The notes beneath the pieces were generated by a model. The model had not been told where the DNA came from, did not search any database, and worked only from the letters and a program-made list of their open reading frames with translations. The translations under genes were made by a program, and so were the position numbers. 64,000 nt of DNA, taken from NCBI GenBank assembly GCA_963775425.1, contig CAVZJB010000016.1:96001-160000 (forward strand). The letters run 5' to 3'. Shown here one piece after another: positions 9,486-19,879 of this stretch; position 1 is the first letter of the stretch, and the number at the start of each line of letters is the position of its first letter. This DNA comes from an uncultured delta proteobacterium (GTDB taxonomy: Bacteria; Myxococcota; UBA727; VGSZ01).

Positions 9486-10706
9486 ATGAGCGCGAGGCTC
9501 CTCGTCGTGGCGCTCGGCCTCCTCGCCGCCGGCGCCTGCAACTGCGGCGGCGGCGCCGGGCCGTGCACCGACGACGCGCAGTGCGACGCCACGGGGCAGG
9601 GCTTCTCCAAATGCAACCAGGACCAGGGCATCTGCATCTGCGTCGACAGCCGCGCCTGCGGGCCGAACGAGTTCTGCAACGGCGCCGGCCGCTGCCAGGC
9701 CGAGGCCGGCTGTGAGACCAACGACGACTGCGGCGACGGCGGCGACAGCGGGCTGTTCTGCGACATCACCACGTCGCAGTGCCTGAGCGTGCAGGAGTGC
9801 AACCCGCAGGGGGGCCACGTGTGTTGCACCCTCGACGACCAATGCCCGTTCGGCCAGATCTGCAACGACGTCAACCGCACCTGCACCGACGGCTGCCGGG
9901 ACAGCGGCGACTGCATCCTCGGCCAGGGCTGCGCGGGCGCCGGCTTCGGCCGCCTCGGCACCTGCGGCACCGCGTGCACCGCCGACAACCAGTGCCCGTT
10001 CCAGGACCTCTGCAACCTCGGCACCGGGCTGTGCGAGCTCGACAGCCGCGGGCCCTACTGCCGCGGCTGCACCGGCGGCGCCAACAGCGACCAGTGCGAC
10101 CAGTTCGGCAACCTCTGCCTCGTCGACGAATTCAACCCCCCCGCCGAGTTCTGCGGCGTGGAGTGCGCCCAGGGACAGGCGTGCCCGAACGGCTACTCCT
10201 GCCAGGACGTGATCATCGTGCTGCAGACGCACCAGTGCGTCGGGCCGGAGACCTGTCTGCTGCCGGCGGGCGCGTGCTCCCGGACCGGCGCGGCGTGCGC
10301 CGTGGACGAGGACTGCCCCCAGGGGCCGCCGGGCGGCGATTGTCCGGCGAAGGTGGGGCGCGTCGGAAGTTGCGCGGTCGATCAATCCATCGACTGCGCG
10401 AACGACGCCGACTGCCCCGAGGGCGGCTGCAACGTCACGCAGTGCGCGGGGAGCGAGGGCGGCCAGGTCGGCTTCTGCACCTGCACCAAGGACTCGGACT
10501 GCCCCGCCGACACCTGCAAGGAGGCGGACGTCTCGGACCCGGCGCACCCGGTGCGCGGCCACTGCGAGCTGTCGGGCCACCCCTGCTTCCAGGACAGCGA
10601 GTGCGACTTCATCGCGTGCGTCGAAGGGGGATGCCTCATCGGGCAAAACTGCGCCCCGGCCAACGATCGGAGCTGCGCCCAGGTGCAGAGCTCGACGTCG
10701 CCGTGA
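9486..10706 (+). CDS. Cysteine-rich repeat lipoprotein
   Basis: Lipobox AGAC; 58 Cys in 406 aa by manual count. Confidence 0.8.
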   Translation: MSARLLVVALGLLAAGACNCGGGAGPCTDDAQCDATGQGFSKCNQDQGICICVDSRACGPNEFCNGAGRCQAEAGCETNDDCGDGGDSGLFCDITTSQCLSVQECNPQGGHVCCTLDDQCPFGQICNDVNRTCTDGCRDSGDCILGQGCAGAGFGRLGTCGTACTADNQCPFQDLCNLGTGLCELDSRGPYCRGCTGGANSDQCDQFGNLCLVDEFNPPAEFCGVECAQGQACPNGYSCQDVIIVLQTHQCVGPETCLLPAGACSRTGAACAVDEDCPQGPPGGDCPAKVGRVGSCAVDQSIDCANDADCPEGGCNVTQCAGSEGGQVGFCTCTKDSDCPADTCKEADVSDPAHPVRGHCELSGHPCFQDSECDFIACVEGGCLIGQNCAPANDRSCAQVQSSTSP

Positions 10707-11905
10707 CGCTCCCGCCCGCGCGCCTGCCGGTCGTCGTCGCCGTGCTCGCGCTCGCCGCGGTCGCCGGCGGCTGCACGCGCGCCGCCGGCAAGTGCGCCAG
10801 CGACGCCGACTGCGACATCCTCCACCAGGGATCCAACAAGTGTGACGTCGACAGCGGGCTTTGCCTGTGCACGGACGACGCGGGGTGCTCCGCGGGCGAG
10901 CTGTGCAACGCCGCCGGGCGCTGCCAGGCGACGGGCGGTTGCGCCGCCAACGACGACTGCGGGGCGGGGCTGTTTTGCGACGTGACCACGTCGCAGTGCC
11001 TCGCCGAGCACGGCTGCGGCGAGGGCAATACGTGCTGCACCCTCGACGACCAATGCCCCTTCAGGCAGATCTGCGACGTCGTCACGCAGACGTGCGTCGC
11101 CGGCTGCCGGGACGACGCCGACTGCCTCATCGGCGAGGGGTGCCAGGGCGCGGGCTTCGGCCGCCTGGGCGTCTGCGGCACGGCGTGCACCTCGGAGCTG
11201 CAGTGTCGCTTCGGCCAGCTCTGCAACCTGAGCACCGGCACCTGCGAGGACGACAACCGCGGGCCGTATTGCGGCGGCTGCAGCGGCGGCGTCAACAGCG
11301 ACGACTGCGGCACCTTCGGCAACTTCTGCCTGCTCGACACGGTGAACGGCGGCTCGTATTGCGGCGTCGACTGCGCGCAGGGGCAGACGTGTCCGTTCGG
11401 CTACGAGTGCATCGACGTCATCATCCTGCCGCGCTCCACGCTGCCCACGTGCGCGCTGCCCGAGGCGTGCGTCGACGGACACTGCGCGCGCACGGGCGCT
11501 GTGTGCGGCGTCGACGAGGACTGCCCCGAGGGCCCGCCGGGCAGCGACTGTCCGCGCGCCGACGTCGGCAACTGCGAGCTGAGCACCGGGACCGCCTGCA
11601 GCAGCGACGACGATTGCCCGAGCCTCGGGGCGTGCCTCAAGCAGGAGTGCCGGCAGCGCGAGGGCGCGAGCTTCGGGGTTTGTTCGTGCACCAGGGACTC
11701 CGACTGCCCCTCCGACACCTGCCAGGGCGCCGACGTCAGCGATCTGCAGCACCCCGTCGCCGGGCACTGCGAGCTGTCGGGCCGCAGTTGCTTCGAGGAC
11801 GCCGAGTGCGACGTCATCACCTGCGTCGGCGGCGGGTGTCTGCTCGGAAAGAACTGCAAGCCCGGCGCCGACCACACCTGCGTCGACTTCCTGCCCGCGC
11901 AGTAG
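10703..11905 (+). CDS. Cysteine-rich repeat lipoprotein, paralog of 9486..10706
   Basis: GTG overlaps upstream stop; lipobox AGGC; shared blocks GLFCD.TTSQCL, CCTLDDQCPF, GAGFGRLG, GHCELSG. Confidence 0.8.
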   Translation: MTLPPARLPVVVAVLALAAVAGGCTRAAGKCASDADCDILHQGSNKCDVDSGLCLCTDDAGCSAGELCNAAGRCQATGGCAANDDCGAGLFCDVTTSQCLAEHGCGEGNTCCTLDDQCPFRQICDVVTQTCVAGCRDDADCLIGEGCQGAGFGRLGVCGTACTSELQCRFGQLCNLSTGTCEDDNRGPYCGGCSGGVNSDDCGTFGNFCLLDTVNGGSYCGVDCAQGQTCPFGYECIDVIILPRSTLPTCALPEACVDGHCARTGAVCGVDEDCPEGPPGSDCPRADVGNCELSTGTACSSDDDCPSLGACLKQECRQREGASFGVCSCTRDSDCPSDTCQGADVSDLQHPVAGHCELSGRSCFEDAECDVITCVGGGCLLGKNCKPGADHTCVDFLPAQ

Positions 11906-11917
11906 CCGCCGGAACGC

Positions 11918-12139
11918 TCAGCGCCGGACCTCGACGGCCACCACGCGGCCGGGCCCTTCCTCCTCGATGACATCGAGCTCGACGTCGACGGCGCCCCGGC
12001 GCGCGAGGAGCTTGCGCGCGGTCTCTCGCACCGCCTCCGACGCCGCCGGCGCCGCCAGCGTCACGGCGGCGAGGGCGCCACCGCGGCCTCGCGCGAGGGC
12101 GACGGCTTCATTCACAATGCGCTCGAGGTCGCGAAGCAT
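11918..12139 (-). CDS. Small hypothetical protein, weak resemblance to the HypA alpha/beta core without its metal motifs
   Basis: 73-aa ORF just downstream of the globin kinase on the same strand. Confidence 0.5.
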   Translation of the reverse strand: MLRDLERIVNEAVALARGRGGALAAVTLAAPAASEAVRETARKLLARRGAVDVELDVIEEEGPGRVVAVEVRR

Positions 12140-12172
12140 GCCTCGGGGAAGTCCACGAGGCGTGCCACCCGC

Positions 12173-13609
12173 TCATTCGTCGATGGGACGCAGCGCAATC
12201 ACGAAGCCCGCACCGGCGAGCGGGCTTTTGCACAGGGAGAGTGTGCCACCCATCGCTTCGATGATCTTGCGCGCGATGGGGAGGCCGAGCCCGGTGCCGC
12301 GGGTCTTGGTGGTGAAGAACGGCTCGAAGATTCGTTCGCGCGCGTCGCCGGGGATGCCCGGACCGTCGTCGAAGACGAACACGCGCGTGTCGTCGACGCG
12401 GACGCGCACGCTGGTGGCGCCGGCCTGGACGGCGTTCTGCATCAGGTTCAACAGGACCTGCGTGACGAGCGCTGCGTCGCCCTGCGCGGTGCCTCCCCCC
12501 TCCACCTTCGCCGCCGGCTCCGCGGACGCCGCCGCCTGCGCGATGATGCCCAGGTCGAGCGGGCGCGGCTGCACCGTGATCGGGCGCGAGAAGCTCAAGA
12601 GGTCGCCGACCAGGGCCCCCAGCCGGACGATGTGGTCCTGGACCTTCTGCAGGGCGATGCTGCGCTTGTCGTCGGGCGGCAACGTGCCCTGGACGACCTG
12701 CACGGTGCCGGAGATGCCCGCGAGCGGGTTCCTGATCTCGTGCGCCACCGACGCCGCCATCATGCCGAGCTTGGCGAGGTGCGCCGCGCGCTTGGCACGC
12801 GCCTCCGACGCGACGACGTCGGTGAGGTCCTCGAGGTGGATCATGGTGGCGGCCATCGGGTGCTCGAGGGGCGCGATGGTGACGCGGTAAGCGCAGTCGG
12901 TGCCGTCGAGGACCGCGTCCACGCGAGGCAGGACGGTCTCTCGGCCGGTCTCCATCGCGCGCGCGATGCGCCGCGGGAGCTCGGCGGCGTCGAGGAGCGG
13001 GCCGGCGATGACCTCGTCGAAGCGCTTGCCGACGAAGGCGTCGCCGACGAGGGCGCGGCTGTGCGGGTGGGTGGAGGACGCGACGCGGCCGTCCTTGTCG
13101 AGGACGAGCACCGTCATCGGCAGGTGGGAGACGATCAGCTCGCGCAGACCCGCGAGGCCCTCCTCCTCGCGCGTCTCCATATAGGTGCCGAGCATGACGG
13201 CGAGCTCGATGTCCGTGATGCGCAGGATGGACAGCACGGTGGCGGGATCCGGTGCGTGGCGCACGAAGTCCTGGCGCAGCAGGCACATGGCGGTGAACAT
13301 GTATTGCTGCGGCAGCTTCACCCGCACGTGCATCCGGCCGATGCGCTGGCGCAGCTCGTAGTAGGCCTCGTCGTGGGGACCGGCGCACAGCTCGCCCATC
13401 CAACGCACCAGGCTCGCCTTGAGCCGCTCCACCTGGGCGAGGTCGGCGAACACCGCCTTGGCGCTCTCGAAGCGCAGGACGGCGTCGTAGAAGCAATCGG
13501 CGATGGCGCGCGCCTCGGGCGCGATGCGGGGCCAGATGGCTTGCAGGCGGGCGGTGTCGGCGTCGGTGAAGCCGACGTAGTCCTTCAGCTCGTCCATCGG
13601 AGACTGCAT
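12173..13609 (-). CDS. Globin-coupled sensor histidine kinase (protoglobin-PAS-HisKA-HATPase)
   Basis: ELKDYVGFT, IADCFYD, RIGRMHVRVKLPQQYM globin; H-box AHEIRNPL; NLMQNA, DDGPG, FFTTK, GTGLGL. Confidence 0.9.
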   Translation of the reverse strand: MQSPMDELKDYVGFTDADTARLQAIWPRIAPEARAIADCFYDAVLRFESAKAVFADLAQVERLKASLVRWMGELCAGPHDEAYYELRQRIGRMHVRVKLPQQYMFTAMCLLRQDFVRHAPDPATVLSILRITDIELAVMLGTYMETREEEGLAGLRELIVSHLPMTVLVLDKDGRVASSTHPHSRALVGDAFVGKRFDEVIAGPLLDAAELPRRIARAMETGRETVLPRVDAVLDGTDCAYRVTIAPLEHPMAATMIHLEDLTDVVASEARAKRAAHLAKLGMMAASVAHEIRNPLAGISGTVQVVQGTLPPDDKRSIALQKVQDHIVRLGALVGDLLSFSRPITVQPRPLDLGIIAQAAASAEPAAKVEGGGTAQGDAALVTQVLLNLMQNAVQAGATSVRVRVDDTRVFVFDDGPGIPGDARERIFEPFFTTKTRGTGLGLPIARKIIEAMGGTLSLCKSPLAGAGFVIALRPIDE

Positions 13610-13731
13610 TCCTGGCGGATTTTCGGGCACAACCCGCCTTGGGGCAAAGAACGCACGGGCTCTGTGTGATATCCCCCAGCCGAAAGGGGCGAGGGTGGCG
13701 GCCATTGGCGCCGTGCGGCCTCGCACAGCAG

Positions 13732-13750
13732 TTGGCACACCCCCTGCCAA
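13732..13750. promoter_or_regulatory. Palindromic sigma54 -24/-12 site readable on both strands
   Basis: TTGGCACACCCCCTGCCAA gives GG-N10-GC on + and on -; lies between divergent genes. Confidence 0.6.
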
Positions 13751-13776
13751 GAGCAGCGCAGACCCCCGAGGTTTCC

Positions 13777-15243
<1,467 letters not shown>

Positions 15244-15266
15244 GCTCCTGACCGTGGAGGTGTCCG

Positions 15267-15752
15267 ATGGAACGCAAGTGGCTCGTCGCCCATGACTTCT
15301 CGCCGTCGGCCGACGCGGCGGCCCGCGTCGCCGCGGGGGATCTCGTCGGGCAGGACGCGCCGGCGACCGTCGTCCTGTGCCACGTCTACCAGGTGATGCC
15401 GTTGCCCACCGGCTTCGACGGGGCCGTCCCCGGCGGCGGCATCGTCACCCTCGAGCGCGCCGTGGCCGTCGAGGCCATACAGCGCCTCGAGCGGGCTGCC
15501 GCGGCGCTCCGCGAGCACATCGAAAAGCTGCGCGCGGAGCGGCCCGGCTCCCCGCCCGTCGCGGTCGAGGTGGCCGTGCGGCAGGACGCGCCCGCGGAGG
15601 GCATCCTCGCCGAGGCGGCCGACCGCGGCGTGGAGCGAATCACGGTGGGCACCCACGGGCGCAAAGGCCTGTCCCACCTCCTGCTCGGCAGCGTCGCCGA
15701 GCGCGTGATGCGGCTGTCGCAGGTCCCCGTTCTCGTCGTGAAAGGCTCGTGA
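15267..15752 (+). CDS. Universal stress protein
   Basis: LVAHDFS; VGTHGRKGLSHLLLGSVAERVMR; PVLVV. Confidence 0.9.
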   Translation: MERKWLVAHDFSPSADAAARVAAGDLVGQDAPATVVLCHVYQVMPLPTGFDGAVPGGGIVTLERAVAVEAIQRLERAAAALREHIEKLRAERPGSPPVAVEVAVRQDAPAEGILAEAADRGVERITVGTHGRKGLSHLLLGSVAERVMRLSQVPVLVVKGS

Positions 15753-16237
15753 TGTTCGCCCCCAAGCACATCCTCGTCCCCGTCGACGCCGACGTCACCG
15801 GTGACAAGCTCCTCGCCGAGGAGCTGGTCGACGCCGCGGCCGACCTCGCCAACAAGCTCGACGCCCGCCTGACGCTCATCCACGTCGCGCTGCCGGCGGC
15901 GTCGCCGGCGGTGCCGCCCGTGGACACCTTCGGCGAGGCGTACCGCGCGATGCTCGACGTGGTGGAGGCCAGGAACGCCGCCGCCGCGCGCACGCTCGAG
16001 GCGCTCAAGGAGCACGCCCAGCGGGGCGGGCGCAACTGCGAGACGCACCTCGTGACGCGCGCGGGGAACGTCCCCGAGCTCATCATCGACACGGCCAAGG
16101 AGCTCGGCGCCGACCTGATCGTCGTCGCCACCCACGGCCGCCGTGGCATCCGGCGCGTGGTGCTCGGCAGCGTCGCCGAGCGCACCGCGCACCTGTCCCC
16201 GGTGCCGGTGCTCCTTCTGCCGCCGAGGCACACATGA
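15752..16237 (+). CDS. Universal stress protein
   Basis: ILVPVD; DLIVVATHGRRGIRRVVLGSVAE. Confidence 0.9.
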   Translation: MFAPKHILVPVDADVTGDKLLAEELVDAAADLANKLDARLTLIHVALPAASPAVPPVDTFGEAYRAMLDVVEARNAAAARTLEALKEHAQRGGRNCETHLVTRAGNVPELIIDTAKELGADLIVVATHGRRGIRRVVLGSVAERTAHLSPVPVLLLPPRHT

Positions 16238-16617
16238 CGACGATGACTGTCGAGCACTTCATGACCCGGCACCCGCACTCGGTGCGCGCCGGGGAGTCGG
16301 TCACCGCCGCCGACGAGCTGATGCGCAAGCTCAACTGCCATCACCTCCCCGTGCTCGAGGGAGGCGTGCTCGTCGGCGTCATCAGTGACCGCGACATTCG
16401 CCTCGTCGGCAAAGCGGACCTTCAGCGCGTGAGGGTCGAGGACGTCTGCGTGGAGGAAGCCGTCCAGGTGGATCTGGAGACGTCGGTGTCCACCGCGGCA
16501 GCGATGATGGCGGACAAGCACATCTCGTCGCTCCTGGTCACCGAAGACGGCAGGCTCGCCGGCATCTTCACGTCGTCGGACGCGTGCCGCGCCCTGGCTT
16601 CCCTCGCTCCGCAGTGA
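16234..16617 (+). CDS. CBS-pair domain protein
   Basis: VEHFMT, HHLPV...LVGVISDRD, SSLLV...LAGIFTSSD. Confidence 0.9.
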   Translation: MTTMTVEHFMTRHPHSVRAGESVTAADELMRKLNCHHLPVLEGGVLVGVISDRDIRLVGKADLQRVRVEDVCVEEAVQVDLETSVSTAAAMMADKHISSLLVTEDGRLAGIFTSSDACRALASLAPQ

Positions 16618-16693
16618 GCGCAGCAGGGCCGCCCGGGGGGCGCAGGGCCACGTCGCACAGCGAGGCGTAAAGCCCCTCGCGACGTCGACGAAG

Positions 16694-16715
16694 CGAAGAT
16701 CGAACGAAGATCGAA
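16694..16715 (+). repeat. 11-bp tandem repeat CGAAGATCGAA x2
   Basis: Exact tandem copy about 45 nt upstream of the ATG at 16759. Confidence 0.7.
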
Positions 16716-16758
16716 CGGCGGGATTGCGGCCGGCGCGCTTCGCGTTAAGTCGGATGCC

Positions 16759-18141
16759 ATGACGAACAAAATCATGCTCATCGAGGACGACAACGCGCTC
16801 CGCGATCTCCTCGGCGCCGACCTCGAATCCCGCGGCTATGCTCTCGAGCGCTACGCCTCCGCGGAGGACGCCGTCGCCGCGTTGCCGTCGTCGGACGCCG
16901 ACATCATCGTCACCGACGTGCAGCTCAAGGGCATGAAGGGCACCGAGCTCGCCAGCCGCGTGAAGCTCGCGCGCCCCGACGTCCTCGTCATCGTCATCAC
17001 CGCCTTCGGCAGCCTCGACAACGCCGTCGCCGCCATCCGCGCCGGTGCGTACGATTTCATCACCAAGCCGTTCGAGACGGAGGCGCTCGACATCGTGCTC
17101 AAGCGCGCCCTCGAGCACCGCGCCCTCCGCCTCGAGGTCAAGCGCCTCTCTCGCGCGGTCGCCGAGGGCGGACGCTTCGAGGAGATCCTCGGGCAGAGCC
17201 GGGCCATGCAGAAGGTGTTCGACCTGATGACGCAGGTCGCGGGCGCCGACGCCGGCGCGCTCATCACCGGGGAGAGCGGCACTGGCAAGGAGCTCGTCGC
17301 CCGCGCGCTGCACGAAAAAAGCAAGCGCAAGAGCGGCCCCTTCGTCGGCATCAACTGCTCCGCCGTCCCCGAGGGCGTGCTCGAGCAGCAGCTCTTCGGC
17401 TCCGCGCGCGGCGAGGGCCCCGACGGCAAGGGCGAGCGCAAGGGCCTCTTCGTCCAGGCCGACGGCGGCACGCTGTTCCTCGACGAGGTCGGCGAGGTGC
17501 CGCTGTCGCTGCAGCCCAAGCTGCTGCGCGCGCTGCAGGAGAAGAAGGTGCTGCCCATCGGCGGCGATCGCGAGATCCCCTTCGACGTGCGCGTGATCGC
17601 GGCGACGCACCAGGACCTCGAGGAGGCCATCGGCGACGGCCGCTTCCGCGACGACCTCTTCTATCGGCTGAACGTCGTCGAGATCGAGCTGCCCCCGCTG
17701 CGCGAGCGCGGCGGCGACGTGCTCCTGCTCGCCCAGCGCTTCCTCGAGGTGTTCGCCGCTCGGGCGAGCAAGCCCGTGAAGGGCATCTCGCCGCAGGCGG
17801 CCGAGAAGCTCATGGCCTACGACTGGCCGGGGAACGTGCGCGAGCTGTCCAACTGCATGGAGCGGGCGGTGGCGCTGACGCACCTCGACCACATCTCCGT
17901 CGACGACCTCCCGGAGCGCGTGCAGCACCACAAGGCCACGCGGCTCGTGGTCGACTCGGACAACCCGCAGACCTTCATCCCGCTCGACGAGCTCGAGAAG
18001 CGGTACATCTTGCGCGTGCTCGACGCTTGTCAGGGCGCCCGCAAGAAGGCGTCCCGCATCCTCGGCATCGACAGGAAGACCCTCTACCGCAAGCTCGTCC
18101 GCTGGGGCGCGGCCGAGAACGCAGAGCACGAGGAGCAGTGA
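16759..18141 (+). CDS. NtrC-like response regulator with degenerate GAFTGA loop
   Basis: REC, GESGTGKE, FLDEVGE, WPGNVREL, HTH; the loop reads EQQLFGSARGEGPDG. Confidence 0.9.
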   Translation: MTNKIMLIEDDNALRDLLGADLESRGYALERYASAEDAVAALPSSDADIIVTDVQLKGMKGTELASRVKLARPDVLVIVITAFGSLDNAVAAIRAGAYDFITKPFETEALDIVLKRALEHRALRLEVKRLSRAVAEGGRFEEILGQSRAMQKVFDLMTQVAGADAGALITGESGTGKELVARALHEKSKRKSGPFVGINCSAVPEGVLEQQLFGSARGEGPDGKGERKGLFVQADGGTLFLDEVGEVPLSLQPKLLRALQEKKVLPIGGDREIPFDVRVIAATHQDLEEAIGDGRFRDDLFYRLNVVEIELPPLRERGGDVLLLAQRFLEVFAARASKPVKGISPQAAEKLMAYDWPGNVRELSNCMERAVALTHLDHISVDDLPERVQHHKATRLVVDSDNPQTFIPLDELEKRYILRVLDACQGARKKASRILGIDRKTLYRKLVRWGAAENAEHEEQ

Positions 18142-18172
18142 CCCGGGCGCCGCCGGGCGCCGGGTCGAGCCT

Positions 18173-18961
18173 ATGCATGTGGTCATCGCCAGCAGGCCCG
18201 CGGGCTTCGTCGTCGACCTGACGATGGCGCTGCAGCGGCAGGGCGCGCGCGTCACCCTGGTCGACGACGGCGCCGCGCTCCTCGACGCCCTCGCCGAGCC
18301 CGTTGATCTCGTCGTCGGCAGCGTCGACCTCGCCGGCCCCACCGCCGCCCACGCCCTCGCGATGGCCCGCACCGCCGGGGTGCGCGTGCCGTTCATCCTG
18401 GTGCTGCCGCGGCGGATGACCGGCATGCGCGAGGACGTCGCCCACACCGCGCGCGCGGCCGGGCTGGCCGGCGTCGTCGACGAGGACGGCGCCATCGCCG
18501 CCTCCCTCGGCGCCCTCCGCACGCCCGCGGACGCCACCCCGCACGACCCCCACCCGGCGCGCCGGGCCGGCGGGGACGCGCGGGTGCTCGTGGCCGAGGA
18601 CGACCGCGAGATGCGCCGGCTGATCGTCGACGAGCTCGAGAGCCGTGGCTACACCGTGGAGCAGGCCGAGGACGGCCGGGAGCTCATCCTGCGCCTCGAC
18701 GACCTCAAAGGCGACGCCGACGCGCCCTTCGACCTCATCGTCAGCGACGTGCGCATGCCGGGGGCCACCGGCATCGAGGCCCTGGCGCTCCTGCGGCGGG
18801 CGCGCTGGTCGCTGCCGGTCATCCTGATGACCTCCTTCGGGGACGACGCCGTCCACGCCGAGGGGCACCGCCTCGGGGCCCTCGCCGTGTTCGACAAGCC
18901 CCTCGACGTCGACGAGCTCATGGATCTGGTGGCGGGCGCGGTGGGGCGCCCGCTGTCTTAG
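18173..18961 (+). CDS. Tandem pseudo-receiver/receiver protein with no output domain
   Basis: C-terminal REC VLVAEDD...IVSDVRMPG...FDKPLD; N-terminal REC-like region lacks the acidic residues. Confidence 0.75.
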   Translation: MHVVIASRPAGFVVDLTMALQRQGARVTLVDDGAALLDALAEPVDLVVGSVDLAGPTAAHALAMARTAGVRVPFILVLPRRMTGMREDVAHTARAAGLAGVVDEDGAIAASLGALRTPADATPHDPHPARRAGGDARVLVAEDDREMRRLIVDELESRGYTVEQAEDGRELILRLDDLKGDADAPFDLIVSDVRMPGATGIEALALLRRARWSLPVILMTSFGDDAVHAEGHRLGALAVFDKPLDVDELMDLVAGAVGRPLS

Positions 18962-19006
18962 CGGACCTCTCTGGCGCAGGTTCCGGAAAGGGCTAGACAA
19001 GCGGTC

Positions 19007-19858
19007 ATGGCAACGGAGATCCCGCTCATCGGCATGTGCGCCGCGTACATCATCGGTGTCACGATCTTCCTCGTGACCCGCGAAAAGGGCCTCGGCCGCG
19101 ATCGCCGCCTGAGCCTGCTCGCGTACCTCGTCTTCGCCGCCAGCGCGTCCGTGGCGGGCTGGGTCTCGTACAAGATCGTGTACGCGCCGGCGCCGGTGGC
19201 GGAGGCGGACCTCGCGCCTGTGGACAAGGGCGGCAAGACGCTCGAGGTCACCATCCCCACCGGCGACTACGAGCTCGTGGTGCACGGGCAGATGGACGTC
19301 GTCCGCTCCCGCGTGCGCGGCCGCGGCGAGTACTCGGTGGAGATGCGCGAAAACGGCAAGCTCATCCAGGCGTTCGACGGCACCCTCGACCAGCACGTCG
19401 AGACGCGGCGGGTGATGAAGAAGGGCGTCACGCAGATCGAGGTCAAGCACCTCGAGGGGCGCCACGACCTGAAGCCCGAGTACGCCGGCAAGAAGGTGAG
19501 CATCACGGTGACCCAGGAGGCCGGGAACCTGAAAGGCCCGATGCACGTGATGGTGATCCACTCGCCACCGTCGGATCCCCTCGTGCTCATCGTGGGCTGC
19601 ATCCTCTCCCTCATCGGCGCGTGCGTGGACCGGCGCGTCAAAGAAGGCGCAAAGAGCTACGTCGGCATCGGCGCGGCGTTCTACGTGATGTTCGCGCTGC
19701 TCGTGCTGCAGTCGAGCCACCCGCTCGAGCCCTTGCACTTGCTGGCCGTGGTTCCCATGTCCCTCCTTCTGGGCGCGGCGGGTGGCGGCATCTTCCGCGT
19801 CCTCGTCAAACCCTTCGTGAAGCCCCTGCCGGGCTCGGTGCCCGCCTCGGGGAAGTGA
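19007..19858 (+). CDS. Hypothetical multi-pass membrane protein with a central soluble beta-rich domain
   Basis: Two N-terminal and three C-terminal hydrophobic segments; strong GC3 codon bias. Confidence 0.7.
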   Translation: MATEIPLIGMCAAYIIGVTIFLVTREKGLGRDRRLSLLAYLVFAASASVAGWVSYKIVYAPAPVAEADLAPVDKGGKTLEVTIPTGDYELVVHGQMDVVRSRVRGRGEYSVEMRENGKLIQAFDGTLDQHVETRRVMKKGVTQIEVKHLEGRHDLKPEYAGKKVSITVTQEAGNLKGPMHVMVIHSPPSDPLVLIVGCILSLIGACVDRRVKEGAKSYVGIGAAFYVMFALLVLQSSHPLEPLHLLAVVPMSLLLGAAGGGIFRVLVKPFVKPLPGSVPASGK

Positions 19859-19879
19859 CGAAAGAGCTCGGGAGCACGG

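Noticed and set aside
8366-11905. Repeated DNA blocks as a CRISPR array or DGR template/variable repeats
   Set aside because: They are coding similarity between paralogous Cys-rich genes; no spacer periodicity, cas genes, reverse transcriptase or adenine-specific mismatch pattern
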